Notes under the pieces: generated by a model
The model's database searches: none
The model's input: the letters and a program-made list of their open reading frames with translations, nothing else
What the model was told of the DNA's origin: nothing
Translations under genes and position numbers: made by a program
NCBI GenBank assembly: GCA_026770705.1
Contig: JANJGN010000031.1
Location: forward strand, 992,001 to 1,056,000
Length of the DNA: 64,000 nt
Direction: 5' to 3'
From: Isurus oxyrinchus
Taxonomy: Eukaryota
In this document: positions 63,207 through 64,000 of the stretch, piece after piece
Layout of the letters: the number at the start of each line of letters is the position of its first letter
Numbering within the stretch: the stretch's first letter is position 1

Positions 63207-64000
63207 AAAGGCGGCAGGAAACGGCTGTGAATGAGGAAACCAGGTCGTGTTGTAAAGAAAGAAAAATTGGGTTTATTTTGCAGAATGAATGTGTTTTTGA
63301 CAAGAAGAAGAGACTAAAAGATAGATCGGGAATATAGAAAGCAAGGAAGGAAAGATGGAATGTAATAAACAAAGGATGAACGACAGAGAGGAGAGAATTT
63401 GTTTGCAATCGATATACTGAAGCTGTGTTGCATTTATCCACAAATACAGCCGAGGACTCCTTAGGACCCTGAAACAGACGACTGCAATTTTTTTATATGG
63501 CACAGCAGGATCCCATTAAGCTCCCTCGATCTTGTTACGTATAAGCAGGCGGAGGTCAACTGCCCCTGACCAGGCAGGAAGAGACCATTTAAAAGACTCT
63601 CGAGCCTGTAGCACAGAAACAGTAGGAGACCCATTCACTCCCTTTGTGCTTGTTACACATGAACGAGAGGAAGCCATTAAGCTCTTTCAATATGTTATAT
63701 AGAAGAGGAAGAGGTCATTCATTTCCTCGTTGCTGTTAAACATGAACAGGCCGAATTCATTCATTTACCCGAACTGCTTTGCCTTTCAATTAGATCATTG
63801 TTAAAATGTGTCTTAATTTAACTTAAATGTATGTTTATTCCATATGTATCTCTTGAAAGCTCCAAGTTCACCCTTAACTCCAAGAAGATCATCAGTCGTG
63901 TGAAGGAATGGAACAGGACATCTGAAAATACCTAGCCTTAATTTCAATGCTTTGCCATCTTGTCTGGATTCAGCCACCACCGGGAACTGTTTCACTTTAT

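Overview
Eukaryotic, repeat-rich genomic DNA, most likely from a cartilaginous fish (shark), judged from its CR1 LINE, tRNA-SINE and Penelope repeat families. The window is part of a T-cell receptor V-gene array, most likely TCR-beta (TRB). I can read six clear V segments with leader/intron/V-exon/RSS architecture: four on the minus strand (~12.5-13.0, 26.1-26.9, 32.3-33.2 and 34.0-34.4 kb) and two on the plus strand (~60.4-60.9 and 62.9-63.2 kb). There are also a few much more decayed V-like relics. Four of the six belong to a TRBV30-like 'LFYS...RP...HSxVYYCAW' family present in both orientations. All six carry inactivating or suspicious lesions, and I found no D, J or C segment. The rest is mostly nested CR1-type LINEs, SINEs, microsatellites and a 142-N assembly gap. 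Other notable items are a young Penelope-like (GIY-YIG) retroelement inserted as a ~2.7 kb palindrome with a perfect 14-bp TSD beside a V RSS, minimal hammerhead-ribozyme motifs in the Penelope tails (one subfamily with a non-canonical core), and a ~275-bp orphan exon-like ORF lodged inside a CR1 element. Repeat boundaries are approximate and were read by eye.
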